DNA of 64,000 nucleotides. Origin: an uncultured Clostridia bacterium (GTDB taxonomy: Bacteria; Bacillota; Clostridia; UBA1381). The DNA lies in contig CALXSS010000003.1 in the NCBI GenBank assembly GCA_944391225.1, forward strand, positions 4,715 through 68,714, in the 5' to 3' direction. Position 1 is the first letter of the stretch, and each line of letters opens with the position of its first letter. Under the pieces are notes generated by a model. The model searched no databases, had not been told where the DNA came from, and saw nothing but the letters and a program-made list of their open reading frames with translations. The translations under genes were made by a program, and so were the position numbers. This document shows positions 9,993 through 19,900 of this stretch, in pieces.

Positions 9993-10811
9993 CTATAGCA
10001 TTACTGTATCTCCGCATTTCAGATAGATCAGCTTATCGCCCATTATTTCCTTCATTATCTCATACGGCTCTGTACCGGTGCAGTGGCACGTGTAGAACAC
10101 AGTTGGCAGATCGCAGAAATACCGAGCTGTTTCGCGCATTATCTCCACGTCCTGCTCTGTATAGTCGCCGTCCCGCCTGAAGTGGAATCCGCCTACAAAC
10201 ACCTCCGGAGCCTTGCCGTACAGCCGGATATATTCTTCAATGATATTTACAGCTCCATTATGCGAGCACCCGGCAAACAGCACCGATCTGCCGCTGTTTA
10301 CAACAAGATCCTGCTCATGAGAAAAATCGTCAGCCTTCAGCACGCCGTCTTCCTTTATGCACATCTTTCTGTTTCCTGACGGCCACAGCTTTCTCCCCTT
10401 TACTCCGGTAAATATCGACAGCTCATCGTCTATCGTGACGCTGCCGTCAAGCTTTATTATGCGCTCATTTCCCGAAAGCGTCCTGTCGATGCCTATATAT
10501 TTTTCACCCAGTGGTGAAAGACGGTATATCTCAGAAAACGCCCTGCTGTTTATGTATACCGGCGCAGTTTTGTTGAGCTGCAAAAACCGCTCTATGCCTC
10601 CGCCATGGTCATAATGACCGTGCGATATGACCGCAATATCGACGCTCTCAATATCCCTGCCCAGCGCCAGCGCGTTTTCGGCAAACAATCCGCTCGCGCC
10701 GGTATCAAACAATATATTATGCTTTTCACTCTCTATAAACAGGCTGAGTCCGTGCTCCGCCTCCACGCAGCTGTTACCGCATATATTTTCTGTAAGCGCA
10801 GTGATCTTCAT
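9993..10811 (-). CDS. MBL-fold metallo-hydrolase
   Basis: 272 aa with the HxHxDH motif (ISHGHYDHGGG). Confidence 0.8.
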   Translation of the reverse strand: MKITALTENICGNSCVEAEHGLSLFIESEKHNILFDTGASGLFAENALALGRDIESVDIAVISHGHYDHGGGIERFLQLNKTAPVYINSRAFSEIYRLSPLGEKYIGIDRTLSGNERIIKLDGSVTIDDELSIFTGVKGRKLWPSGNRKMCIKEDGVLKADDFSHEQDLVVNSGRSVLFAGCSHNGAVNIIEEYIRLYGKAPEVFVGGFHFRRDGDYTEQDVEIMRETARYFCDLPTVFYTCHCTGTEPYEIMKEIMGDKLIYLKCGDTVML

Positions 10812-10842
10812 ACCGTCCTCCCGATATATTTCCGAATATAGT

Positions 10843-10868
10843 AAAAAGACAGGCGATCTGCCTGTCTT
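10843..10868 (-). terminator. Intrinsic terminator after the tRNA pair
   Basis: Minus strand: AGACAGGC-agatc-GCCTGTCT followed by TTTTT. Confidence 0.6.
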
Positions 10869-10871
10869 ATA

Positions 10872-10948
10872 TGGTCGGGATGACTGGATTTGAACCAGCG
10901 GCCCCTACGTCCCGAACGTAGTGCTCTACCAAACTGAGCCACATCCCG
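10872..10948 (-). tRNA. tRNA-Pro (anticodon CGG), encoded CCA
   Basis: Minus strand: CGGGATGTGGCTCAGTTTGGTAGAGCACTACGTTCGGGACGTAGGGGCCGCTGGTTCAAATCCAGTCATCCCGACCA. Folded by hand into a cloverleaf with anticodon loop TTCGGGA. Confidence 0.9.
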
Positions 10949-10953
10949 TAATA

Positions 10954-11042
10954 TGGCGGAGGAGGTGGGATTCGAACCCACGAGCCCTTTCGGACTACCG
11001 CATTTCGAGTGCGGCCCGTTATGACCACTTCGATACTCCTCC
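10954..11042 (-). tRNA. tRNA-Ser (anticodon CGA), class II long variable arm, encoded CCA
   Basis: Minus strand: GGAGGAGTATCGAAGTGGTCATAACGGGCCGCACTCGAAATGCGGTAGTCCGAAAGGGCTCGTGGGTTCGAATCCCACCTCCTCCGCCA. Anticodon loop CTCGAAA, T-loop GTTCGAATC. Confidence 0.9.
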
Positions 11043-11086
11043 ATACGTTTCGTCCGAACTTTCCGCTCTTAACGAACAACATATAT

Positions 11087-11115
11087 ATACTACCATAAAA
11101 TTATTCATTTGTCAA
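11087..11115 (-). promoter_or_regulatory. Candidate promoter for the tRNA-Ser/tRNA-Pro pair (TTGACA-17-TAGTAT)
   Basis: Minus strand reads acTTGACAaatgaataattttatggTAGTATatat, about 40 nt upstream of tRNA-Ser. Confidence 0.45.
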
Positions 11116-11181
11116 GTATTTTTTTTATTTTTTTCAAAAAAATATGAGGCGAAAAAATATTTTGCTGAGTCAGAAAAACAG

Positions 11182-11410
11182 GAGGCTGTTGCAAAACTCA
11201 ACGAGTTTGCAACAGCCTTGGGGGCTTTAGAAAAATAGTGCAGAACGGACGAAACGAAGGGGCGCAGCCCCCTTGCCCGAAGGCGTACGGGGGTACGTCG
11301 AGCGGTGAGTTTCGTTCGTAACATAAAGCGATTTTAATGCTGAATTTTTCATTTATGAAAATTTCCACCTTGAACTTGATAGCAGTGATCCTTAAAAATG
11401 GCTTATCTGC
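11182..11410 (-). repeat. Modular structured repeat, long copy A (terminator hairpin plus ~190-nt structured body)
   Basis: About 95 percent identical by eye to 51721-51951. Read on the minus strand it ends in a 16-bp hairpin plus T-run. It has an internal 11-bp long-range stem (ACGAACGAAAC/GTTTCGTCCGT), a cUUCGg tetraloop hairpin and competing G5/C5 runs. Confidence 0.8.
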
Positions 11411-14400
11411 TCGCAGTTTGCATCGCCCTCTGTGTTTACAAAGTGCGCGAACAGATAGGCTGTAGTTTCTATAGCGTCCTTAACCTTTATGGTCTTTGTG
11501 ACTGATCTTACAGTTTCGCTGTTGTTTTTCATAGAGCAGGTCACTTTGTAGGTGCCGTTGTCAGTAACGGCAAAGCTTCCGGCAGGATCGACTGAGGTGT
11601 TTCCGCCAAAGCCCGGCACGCTGTCAGAGCTTATTGATACAGAGAGTGTATACGGTGTATCAGCGCTGTTGTAATCTGTTGTGTAATATATCGTTTTGTT
11701 CTCGCTGTACGCTGTGAAGGTGTCAAGCGCCGCAGTGTATCCTACAACCGTTATCTTGAAATCCTTTGTAAATTCTATACCATTATCAGTTGTTTTAGCT
11801 GTCAGTATAGCTGTTTTAGTGTCGTCAGCTCTTGTCACTGATCCGTCTGTTGAAACTACAGACGGATCAGAGCTTTCCCAGGTCACGTTTTCTATCTGAG
11901 GGATAGTAATGTTGCTCTTTACTGCAGAGGTATCGCCAAGGCTTATGCTTCCGAGTGGATTTTCAAGCGGTTTATTGTATATTACAAAATCGTCAAGATA
12001 TCCGGTTGCAAACTCGCCGCTGCCCCAGTTGGCAAGACCGATATATGCGACAGACGCAGAACCGAGCATCTGTGAAATGTCGACTGTTGAAGCGATAGTG
12101 TCTGTCTCATTGCCGTTGATATATACGGTCGAGAAACCGTCTTCAATGGAGATCATGACGTCGTTCCATTCGTTTGTGTTATACGCGCCTGTTGCCGACT
12201 CGCTTCTTGAGCCGTTATTATCATAGCGTTCATGTGTAAGAGTGCCACCTGAGGTCATAATACCAAGGTATTTTTCCTTCTGGTAGGTCTGTGTTGAGGC
12301 GTTTGGCGCCGCAAAGAACCACCATGATGTGCCTGTAGTTGTCGGCTTTACCTTGAATGATATAGTAAGATTCTTCTGACCTGTAAGCAGGCTGTTGCCG
12401 TTGGCATCTGTAAGAGTTACAGCGGATCCTCTTGTTCCGTCAAAATATACGCACTGCTTTCCGTCCTCTGTTACAAAGCTCGGAGTTCCGGAAGCCTTGC
12501 CATATGTAGATGAGCTCGTAAGATCTCCGTTATCAAAGCTGAGGTTTATAAGCTCGCCGCTTTCCGGAATAACAGGAGCGTCTGTAGGATCAGGAGCCGC
12601 TGTAGGATCAGGCAGTGAGCCGCCTGCGTATGTTATAACGTCTGTATCAAGATTATCATAGGATACTACTCTTTCTCTTGAGGAATTGTAATTTCCGCTG
12701 AGCTCTATGGATCCTATTGATACAGGTGTGGTAAGAGTTCCGCTTACTATAGTATCTTCCATGCCGCCTGTAGCTGAAATTGATACTATTCCTGTGCCGC
12801 TTATTGTTATTTCAACTGTCTTGTTGTATCCAACAGCATTGACATAAGGCTGACCGCTTGCATTCCAGCCGTTGGCTCCGGCTTTACTGTTTGTGCCCGG
12901 GTTGCTGCGGCTCTGGGCAATAGTGGCGCCGCTGAGCACATTTGTTCCGCCTATTCTTATTTCGTTGAAATTATAGCCGCCGCCTGTCATATAGAGCGCC
13001 GCTATCTCATTGCCATTCTTATCCTTTATTGCAAAGGTATTGTCTCTGCCGTTGTTTTCCCAGCCGGCAAACATATCAAATGTCATTCTGAAGAGCTGGT
13101 CGCCTGTAAGCTCTATAGGCTTTGACAGTGATGCGGTGGCAGTTGATTTTACAGGTACAAATACATTCCCGAACCTTTCAAGACCGCAGGAATATATAGT
13201 ATTGCCGTCCTCTGAAAGTGTGTCGACATAAGAAGCAGCTCCGAATATGTTTGTGCTGCCCTCAAAGCTGTCTGTAAGCTCCTCTATATCTGTAACTGTC
13301 GGCGAATTTTCAGGTGTGTCGTTCAAGAACTCACCATTCAGAAGAAATTCAGCGATATTAGCCATGTCATTATTGTTCGTATATCTGTAATATCTGTAAG
13401 CATGGTTATCAGAAAGCTGAGATGCAGATATTGTTGTATACGAATCCGACGGTATTGCAGAGGTTATAGTATAGAGATCTGTCCATGAAATGCCATCGTT
13501 TGAAGCCTGTATTGTTCCGCCTATGGTTCTTTCGGGGAATCCTTTGCCGCTTCTCGCTGCAAGCTTGACCTCGCTGAGCTTATACGGCGCGCCGTAATCA
13601 TACTGTACCCATCCGCCCTGAGTACCGTCGAAATATGTGGTGAGATCGCCGTCAACAGCCTTGCGATAGTCTGCATTGTCATCCGGACGGGTCGAATCAT
13701 TGCTCCACGAAGCAGTTCCGCTTACAGAGTAAAGCTGAACGGTGATGTTTTTTTCTATTCTGTGCTCACCGATCGCAGCATAAATAGTTACCTCGCCGGG
13801 AACAAGACCGGTTATAATGCCGTCAGCTGTGATCGAAGCTATGCTGTCATCTGAAACAGACCATGTTACTGTTCCCGTGATATTTGCAGTGAGTGAAAGC
13901 TGGGCTGTTTCGCCGCATTTAAGCGTTGCACCTATGCCGTTTATTGTTCCGCTCATAGGAACGCTGAACGTTCTTTCAAAGGTATATCCTGCTATCTTTG
14001 CATATACAGTAACTGTTCCGAGCGCCTTTGCAGTGAGCTTTCCGTCAGCTGTGATCGAAGCTACAGTATCATCTGAAACGCTCCAGGTCACGTCGCCTTC
14101 AAGATCGGTATTGAGTGTAAGCTGGCTGTCTGAATTGAGCTCCAGCTCGTCATCTGCACCGGTGATCACGCCGTAATAGGTGATGTTATCTGGACCGCTC
14201 ACCGTAGTTACCGGAGCGATAAGAGCGTTCTGATCATCATCCCATACCATCAGCTTAACTGTGCAGCCTGAGAAATCGCCTGATACACTGTCATCTGATT
14301 TATTGCATGAAACATACTTGAGCGCTCCATCGCTGCTGTAAACAGCCAAATACGCGTTGTTACCCTTCAGGCTGTCAGGGAGCGTATAGCTGTAGCTCAT

Positions 14401-15975
14401 TCCGCTTTCATCTGCTGAAAATGATGTGAGTGAAACGGTGCTGCTACCATCAACTATATATGTTGTGATCGTATTAGCCTTTGCGGTAGTTGAGAGAGTT
14501 TTGCCGTTTATGGAAGCCTCTCCTGTTATCTCTGCCCAGTGCTCCGCAGCTGATCCGGTAGCATTATTGGATCTTATTTCCCTTACCGTGGATCCTACTC
14601 TTGAGAAAGACGAAAGATCAAATTCATATGGAATATCCTGCGAGGAGGAGTTTGATACTACTATCTTTATATCTCCGCTTTCCTTATTGTATGCTGCAAG
14701 TGTGCGGTCTGAGGATGCGATTATGGTATCGCCCGGGTTTATGTATTTTGTAAACTGACCGAACGCGTAGTATTTGTTGGTAAGCACAAATTCTTCCTTG
14801 TCATGATCTGCCATACCAACACCCCAGAGCGATGAGGTTTCTGAAACGCTGTTTCCTGATTCTGTATGGTTTCCGCTTGGATCGGTGAAATCCGAATCCT
14901 TATGAACATCGATAATATCCCACATTATCCATGCAGCCGGCATCATGCCGTTCATATCCAAGATGATCCTGTCAGCAAGACCAAAGCCGTTCCAACCGCC
15001 GTCGACCTCGCTCATCCAGAGCGTTTTGTTCATGGAAACCGCTTTATCCTTGAGCTGGCTGCGTTTTGAACCGCCGTAGGTATGGGTATCGATCCTGCCA
15101 AGCGCCTCTTTAGCCTCGTCAGTGAGCTTATCGAGGTTGGTTACTGATGAATCTATGCTCGTTTCGTCCATACCGGCAACGAGCACATCCGTAAGACCGG
15201 CATTGTCAAGTGCTTTTCTTGTTTCGATTATCATATTTGACTGACTGGTGCCGGGTGTATAGTGACAGCCTTCCTGTTTTGGACTGTTTGCTCCCCAGTA
15301 GTTGGTATCAGGCTCGTTCATTGGAGAGTAACTTTCAAAAACAATGCCCTCGTTCTTGAGCAGCTTTGTTGACTCTGCTATGTATTCAGCAAAGTCGTCA
15401 TACATATTTGTTTTCAGATTGTCATCTGAAGCATTCTCTGCTCCGCTTGAACAGCCGCTGTTAGTCATAAAATACGGGGGTGAATTTGAAAAGCCCTCGA
15501 AATAAATGTCGCTGTTGGCTTTTAGAGCAGCTTTAGCATCATTGAGCTGGTTGCTGTCTTTAGTGACATCGTAAGTGATTGATACGTCGTCGCCATCGTT
15601 TATATATTCAAAGCTGTCCCAAACTCCCGGTACCTTTGAATCCGAACGCGTTACATGATCGTGAGCGGGATCGTCGCCACCGCCTATATTATAGCGCGCA
15701 ATATCAAGTCCTAATCCGTCTTCGGAAAAGAACAGCTCTCCTGCCTGCTCAGTAAGTTTTTCGCTGTAGCCTATCCTGTTTGCCCACCAGCAAAGCGATG
15801 TACCCCAGCCTTCAAATCTGCCGTTGTTGAACGGAGACGCGTTTGAAGGATCCAGCTTTACTGTTGTGACATCAGTATCAGCCGCAGCGGCGCCGGAAGG
15901 AAACAGCGCTATACCTGAAGCCGGCAGAAGCGTGAGTGCCGTGATAAATGAAATTATTTTTTTCGTATTCATCAT
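11392..15975 (-). CDS. Secreted multidomain glycoside hydrolase (GH30/COG5520-like catalytic region, Big_2 Ig-like repeats, F5/8-type-C/CBM32-like and LamG-like domains)
   Basis: Signal peptide MMNTKKIISFITALTLLPASG. RFEGWGTSLCWWANRIGYS matches GH30-type enzymes from memory. VTWSVSDD.IASITADG occurs twice (Big_2). DGDLTTYFDG..GGWVQYDYG is discoidin-like. The last codons and the stop lie inside repeat copy A. Confidence 0.75.
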   Translation of the reverse strand: MMNTKKIISFITALTLLPASGIALFPSGAAAADTDVTTVKLDPSNASPFNNGRFEGWGTSLCWWANRIGYSEKLTEQAGELFFSEDGLGLDIARYNIGGGDDPAHDHVTRSDSKVPGVWDSFEYINDGDDVSITYDVTKDSNQLNDAKAALKANSDIYFEGFSNSPPYFMTNSGCSSGAENASDDNLKTNMYDDFAEYIAESTKLLKNEGIVFESYSPMNEPDTNYWGANSPKQEGCHYTPGTSQSNMIIETRKALDNAGLTDVLVAGMDETSIDSSVTNLDKLTDEAKEALGRIDTHTYGGSKRSQLKDKAVSMNKTLWMSEVDGGWNGFGLADRIILDMNGMMPAAWIMWDIIDVHKDSDFTDPSGNHTESGNSVSETSSLWGVGMADHDKEEFVLTNKYYAFGQFTKYINPGDTIIASSDRTLAAYNKESGDIKIVVSNSSSQDIPYEFDLSSFSRVGSTVREIRSNNATGSAAEHWAEITGEASINGKTLSTTAKANTITTYIVDGSSTVSLTSFSADESGMSYSYTLPDSLKGNNAYLAVYSSDGALKYVSCNKSDDSVSGDFSGCTVKLMVWDDDQNALIAPVTTVSGPDNITYYGVITGADDELELNSDSQLTLNTDLEGDVTWSVSDDTVASITADGKLTAKALGTVTVYAKIAGYTFERTFSVPMSGTINGIGATLKCGETAQLSLTANITGTVTWSVSDDSIASITADGIITGLVPGEVTIYAAIGEHRIEKNITVQLYSVSGTASWSNDSTRPDDNADYRKAVDGDLTTYFDGTQGGWVQYDYGAPYKLSEVKLAARSGKGFPERTIGGTIQASNDGISWTDLYTITSAIPSDSYTTISASQLSDNHAYRYYRYTNNNDMANIAEFLLNGEFLNDTPENSPTVTDIEELTDSFEGSTNIFGAASYVDTLSEDGNTIYSCGLERFGNVFVPVKSTATASLSKPIELTGDQLFRMTFDMFAGWENNGRDNTFAIKDKNGNEIAALYMTGGGYNFNEIRIGGTNVLSGATIAQSRSNPGTNSKAGANGWNASGQPYVNAVGYNKTVEITISGTGIVSISATGGMEDTIVSGTLTTPVSIGSIELSGNYNSSRERVVSYDNLDTDVITYAGGSLPDPTAAPDPTDAPVIPESGELINLSFDNGDLTSSSTYGKASGTPSFVTEDGKQCVYFDGTRGSAVTLTDANGNSLLTGQKNLTISFKVKPTTTGTSWWFFAAPNASTQTYQKEKYLGIMTSGGTLTHERYDNNGSRSESATGAYNTNEWNDVMISIEDGFSTVYINGNETDTIASTVDISQMLGSASVAYIGLANWGSGEFATGYLDDFVIYNKPLENPLGSISLGDTSAVKSNITIPQIENVTWESSDPSVVSTDGSVTRADDTKTAILTAKTTDNGIEFTKDFKITVVGYTAALDTFTAYSENKTIYYTTDYNSADTPYTLSVSISSDSVPGFGGNTSVDPAGSFAVTDNGTYKVTCSMKNNSETVRSVTKTIKVKDAIETTAYLFAHFVNTEGDANCEQISHF

Positions 15976-16030
15976 TTTACCTCCTTGTATTCTCTCTCTT
16001 TGTTAGTCTCATTCTCTGCTTATATTGTAA

Positions 16031-16070
16031 TATAAAAAGTGTCAAGATGTTACCATAAATCTTGACACTT
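16031..16070 (-). terminator. Intrinsic terminator after the AraC-family gene
   Basis: Minus strand: AGTGTCAAGAT-(10 nt)-ATCTTGACACT followed by TTTTTATATT. The right arm also carries a TTGACA that could serve the glycosidase gene. Confidence 0.55.
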
Positions 16071-16081
16071 TATCATAATTC

Positions 16082-16825
16082 TTATGTTAATTTTTGAAAA
16101 TTTGATGATCCGTAATATTTTCTGTATTGCCCAGGGGTAAGCCCCATAACCGATTTGAACTTGTCGGTAAAATGGCTCTGTGAGCTGAAACCAAAGTATG
16201 CGCTTATTCTCTGAATGCTGTAATTTGAGAATTTCAGCATGTTGCAGCAGCGTGAGATCTTTTCTTCAAGTATATACTCGGTCAGTGTTTTGTTTTCCGA
16301 TCTGCTGAATAATGATGATAGATAATCGGCATTGACGTTTAGCCAGGCTGCAATATCTTTTACAGATATCTTATTGTTTATGTTTCTGAATATATAGTCC
16401 TTAGCTCGTGCGATTATAGGGTTAAAGATCTTGTTGTTTTTTGTTTCACACACCATCTCAGCAAAGGTCATCTGGGTGTTATGCAGCAGCTCTATGACCT
16501 GCTCAGGCTTTTTGATATCCTGCTCAAGCTTCATGATAACAGCGTCAACTATTGAAAATGCCGTTTCAGGGTTTAGCCCGCCGGATATAGCGCTGCGTGA
16601 GGAAAGCGTAATAACACCTATAGCTATGTTTTTTAAGCTGCGCAGCGGGTCGGGAGCGAGAATCCCTATAGAGCCCTCGTATTTTTCAGCCCAACACAGC
16701 TTCAATGATTCCGTATCGCCACGACGTATGCTCTCCTGCTCGCGCATTTCCTGATCATACGGGTTATGCCACGTCTGCTCATCTGTATCGTTGAGCAAGC
16801 CGAGGATCTGATTGTTGTCTGCCAT
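16082..16825 (-). CDS. AraC-family transcriptional regulator
   Basis: C-terminal double HTH: ISVKDIAAWLNVNADYLSSLFSR...ISRCCNMLKFSNYSIQRISAYFGFSSQSHFTDKFKSVMGLTPGQYRK. Confidence 0.85.
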   Translation of the reverse strand: MADNNQILGLLNDTDEQTWHNPYDQEMREQESIRRGDTESLKLCWAEKYEGSIGILAPDPLRSLKNIAIGVITLSSRSAISGGLNPETAFSIVDAVIMKLEQDIKKPEQVIELLHNTQMTFAEMVCETKNNKIFNPIIARAKDYIFRNINNKISVKDIAAWLNVNADYLSSLFSRSENKTLTEYILEEKISRCCNMLKFSNYSIQRISAYFGFSSQSHFTDKFKSVMGLTPGQYRKYYGSSNFQKLT

Positions 16826-16913
16826 GTGTGATACCTCCTTTGCCGTTTAGGCGTTTCGTGACTGGTCATCTGATAATAATTATATATTAACACATTATAG
16901 TCGTTTTGTCTAC

Positions 16914-16950
16914 TAAAAAAACAGGAAACGCCGGGCGTTTCCTGTTTTTT
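16914..16950. terminator. Bidirectional-looking intrinsic terminator after the SLH-protein gene
   Basis: AAAAAAACAGGAAACGCC-g-GGCGTTTCCTGTTTTTT, a perfect 12-bp stem flanked by A- and T-runs. Confidence 0.75.
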
Positions 16951-16955
16951 AGTTA

Positions 16956-19900
16956 TCAATCATATATAACAACAAGTCTTGCTGTCGGTGTCACTGATGA
17001 TGAGCTGCTGGTGCTTGAGGTATATGTTATAAGAACCTTTGAGCAGTCTGAACCGAAGTTCTTAGCCTCCTTAAGGTCTGTCAGTGTGATGTTTGTACTG
17101 TCAGTACCTTCAGCGTAAGGAGTAAATTCATCTTTTGCAGAATCATATCTGATGTACTTGGTTGAGGAGGAGACTTTTATTTCCTCGTACTCTGATTCGT
17201 CAAGAACACCTGATTCATCGAAGCCGTTCTTAGTAACATAGATCTTGTTGTCATCGGAAAGGACCTGGATCACATTGAACATAGCTGCTCTTGAGAAGAT
17301 GTTTGTAACATTGCCGCCTGTCTCGAAATAGCTGTCTGTCGGCTCTGAAACAGAGGCTTTAGGATATCTCCAGTCAAACTTGTAGAGCTGCCAGTTGTTA
17401 TCCTCTGTCTGCTCCTGGGTTTCATTCCAGTAATATGTTGCTGTCTTTGTTTCGCCGTCAGCGCTTTCATATGTAACGGTCTCTCCGTTCAATATTCTCT
17501 TAATCTCGTCATAATCCTGAACCTTGATATAGGTATCTGCATAATTATCTGAATCAAGTCCCATGAGGATTATATCACCCATGCCTACATCACTGAAGTT
17601 AGCTGAAGGTGAGATATTTGTGTTTGAAAGCGAGGTGCTTGAGAAGTATGTCGGTATATTTTTGAATACATCATCTTCATCCGCATCATAAACCTCTTCA
17701 ATATCGTCAGCCACAAGTCTGTATAATGTAGATTTTGTTATTGTTGTACCGCTCTTGAAGTTTGTGTTGTATACGAGAACACAGGACGGATATTTTGAAT
17801 CGTTCAGATCGAATGCCTCAACATAGTATGAGCTTCCTGATACCATTGAGTTTGAGGTAACTGCTGATTTGAGCGAGTAGCTATCCGTATCGGTTCTGTC
17901 CTTAGGGATAACAAACAGCGGTGTCGAGCTTCTTATTGAATAGAAGGTCGAGCCTGTGCTTGATTCCTTTACTGCTGTTGAAGAAACATAATATTTCTTT
18001 TCAGGATCAATTGCCTTATATCTTACAAGATTTCCGTTATCGGTGTTGACCGTGCCGTCTGTTGAGTTAATAGTAACAACATTAGTTATTTCCGAAGCGT
18101 CGTTGAATCCGACCTTGATAAGCTGATTGTAGCCTGTAAGCTTAACGTCTAAGTTTGCGATCTCTGTATCGGGGTTAGCTGTTTCGGCTGATTCAGCCAG
18201 AGCGTCAAGAATGCTTTCCGCATTTGAGCTTGAACCGTTGAGCTTTGGCTTTGCAGCCAGCTTATATGTCTTCACCTTATATGATGTTGATGATGAGAAT
18301 GAGGTTATGGAGGTGTTTGAAGGAGCAAACAGTCTGAGATAATAATCCTCGCCCTCCGTTACCGCATCTATTACATAAGCGTAAGGATAGAATGAGGTAG
18401 AGGAGGATACTGTTCCCCACTCAAGGCTTCCAAGAATATCAAGATAAGCTGTTATCGACATACCGGTCTTGATCTCTTTCTGCTCTTTATCCTGCATATA
18501 CTTCAGAAATCTTTCGGTAACTCTATATTGAGTACCGTCTATTGAGATGGTCTTTTCTCCGGAGCCCTCAATGCTTGTAGCAGTAATTGTTCCGGTAACG
18601 CTTTTAGCTGTATCGTAAACAGTATAAAGCTCACCGTCAAGGCTTACGGCATAATTGAGAACATCGTTTGCAGCGATATTTGTTGTTTTGATCTCGCTGT
18701 CATTTTTTGTGATCGTAAACTTATAATCCACGTCGTCAGGATCAAGGATTATGTAGTTACCGGTAACTGTTTTATCAGTTATTTTGTAATCTGATGAAGA
18801 TGGCGTCTTATAAGCGACAATTGTATCATAGTCATATATATCAACAATATTGTAGCTTCCCTTTGATCCGCTGTCTATGAGCTTTACAGTACCATAGATA
18901 AAGTTATCCGAATCAGGGTTGAGCCATTCGTTCAGAGCGTCAAGCGGCGCATATGCTGTGTCGCCAAGATATACATTTCCTGTAACGGCTCTGCCGTTGT
19001 AGCGTACAGTAAGGTCGGCGCTGTTGAGCTTAGCTGTCTGAGAACGTGATGAATCGTCCAAATAGTATTTAAACGATGTACCTGAATATGAGTCTATATT
19101 GTATGAGTAGACTGTCACTTCAGTATTTGAGTATGTCTCATTGTCTATCTCCACGAGCCATCTGTCGTCTGAGTTCTTGTCCTGGCGGTAATATACCTTA
19201 ACGGTATTTCCAAGGAATGCGCTCATTGTAGCGTATGAGTCGGTATATTCGGTGTAGTCTATAACGTATTCCTCGTCATACATATCCTTTACAGCCATCT
19301 GACCGGTATAGAGCTTTGCGTTGCAGTCGGCTGTGGTTGAATCCTCAACGCCAACAACTGTTCCCTTGAGTACGTATACGCCAAGGTAATCGTTAAGAAG
19401 AGTCTTGTCAGAAGCCTGCCAGCCTGTAGCTGTCTGCTCGTACATAGCTACTTCAAGAGCGTTGTACATTATCTGTGTTACAACTCCTCTTGAGGCGTTG
19501 TCTGTGAATGCTGTGTCCGCAACTCCGTCAGTAAGGCTGAGAGCTGCTGCCTGTGAAATGTATCCCTGCGGATAGCCGCCGCTCTGTTCTGCCAGCGACT
19601 GGTATCCAAGAGTACAAACAAGCATCTTGAGCGCCTGCTCGTATGTAACGGGCTCGTCCGGTTTGAATGTTACTTCATCAAAACCGTTGATGATACCAAG
19701 ATCATATGCGACCTTGATATTGGAATTTGCCCAGTGGTCGGCGCTTACGTCGTTGAACTGGGTAATTGGTTCTGTGAGATCACCATAGCCGAGCATGTAA
19801 ACAATAATTTTTGTGAATTCAGCACGTGTAATATCCTTTTCAGGTTCAAACGTGCCGTTCTCATAACCGTTGATCACATTCAGCTTGCTAAGAGTGGTGA

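Noticed and set aside
11243-11320. Hammerhead-like CGAAAC strings in the repeat body
   Set aside because: No CUGAUGA box or appropriately placed cleavage triplet is present. The CGAAAC strings are simply the two arms of the long-range stem.
11227-11352. 41-codon minus-strand ORF inside the long repeat copies (MK[N/I]SALKSLYVTNETH[R/H]STYPRTPSGKGAAPL[R/C]FVRSALFF), also present at 51767-51892, with AAGGTGGA 11 nt upstream
   Set aside because: All three differences between the two copies within the ORF are non-synonymous, the truncated copies lack the start, and the sequence overlaps strong RNA stems. I treat it as probably non-coding. Ribosome profiling could overturn this.
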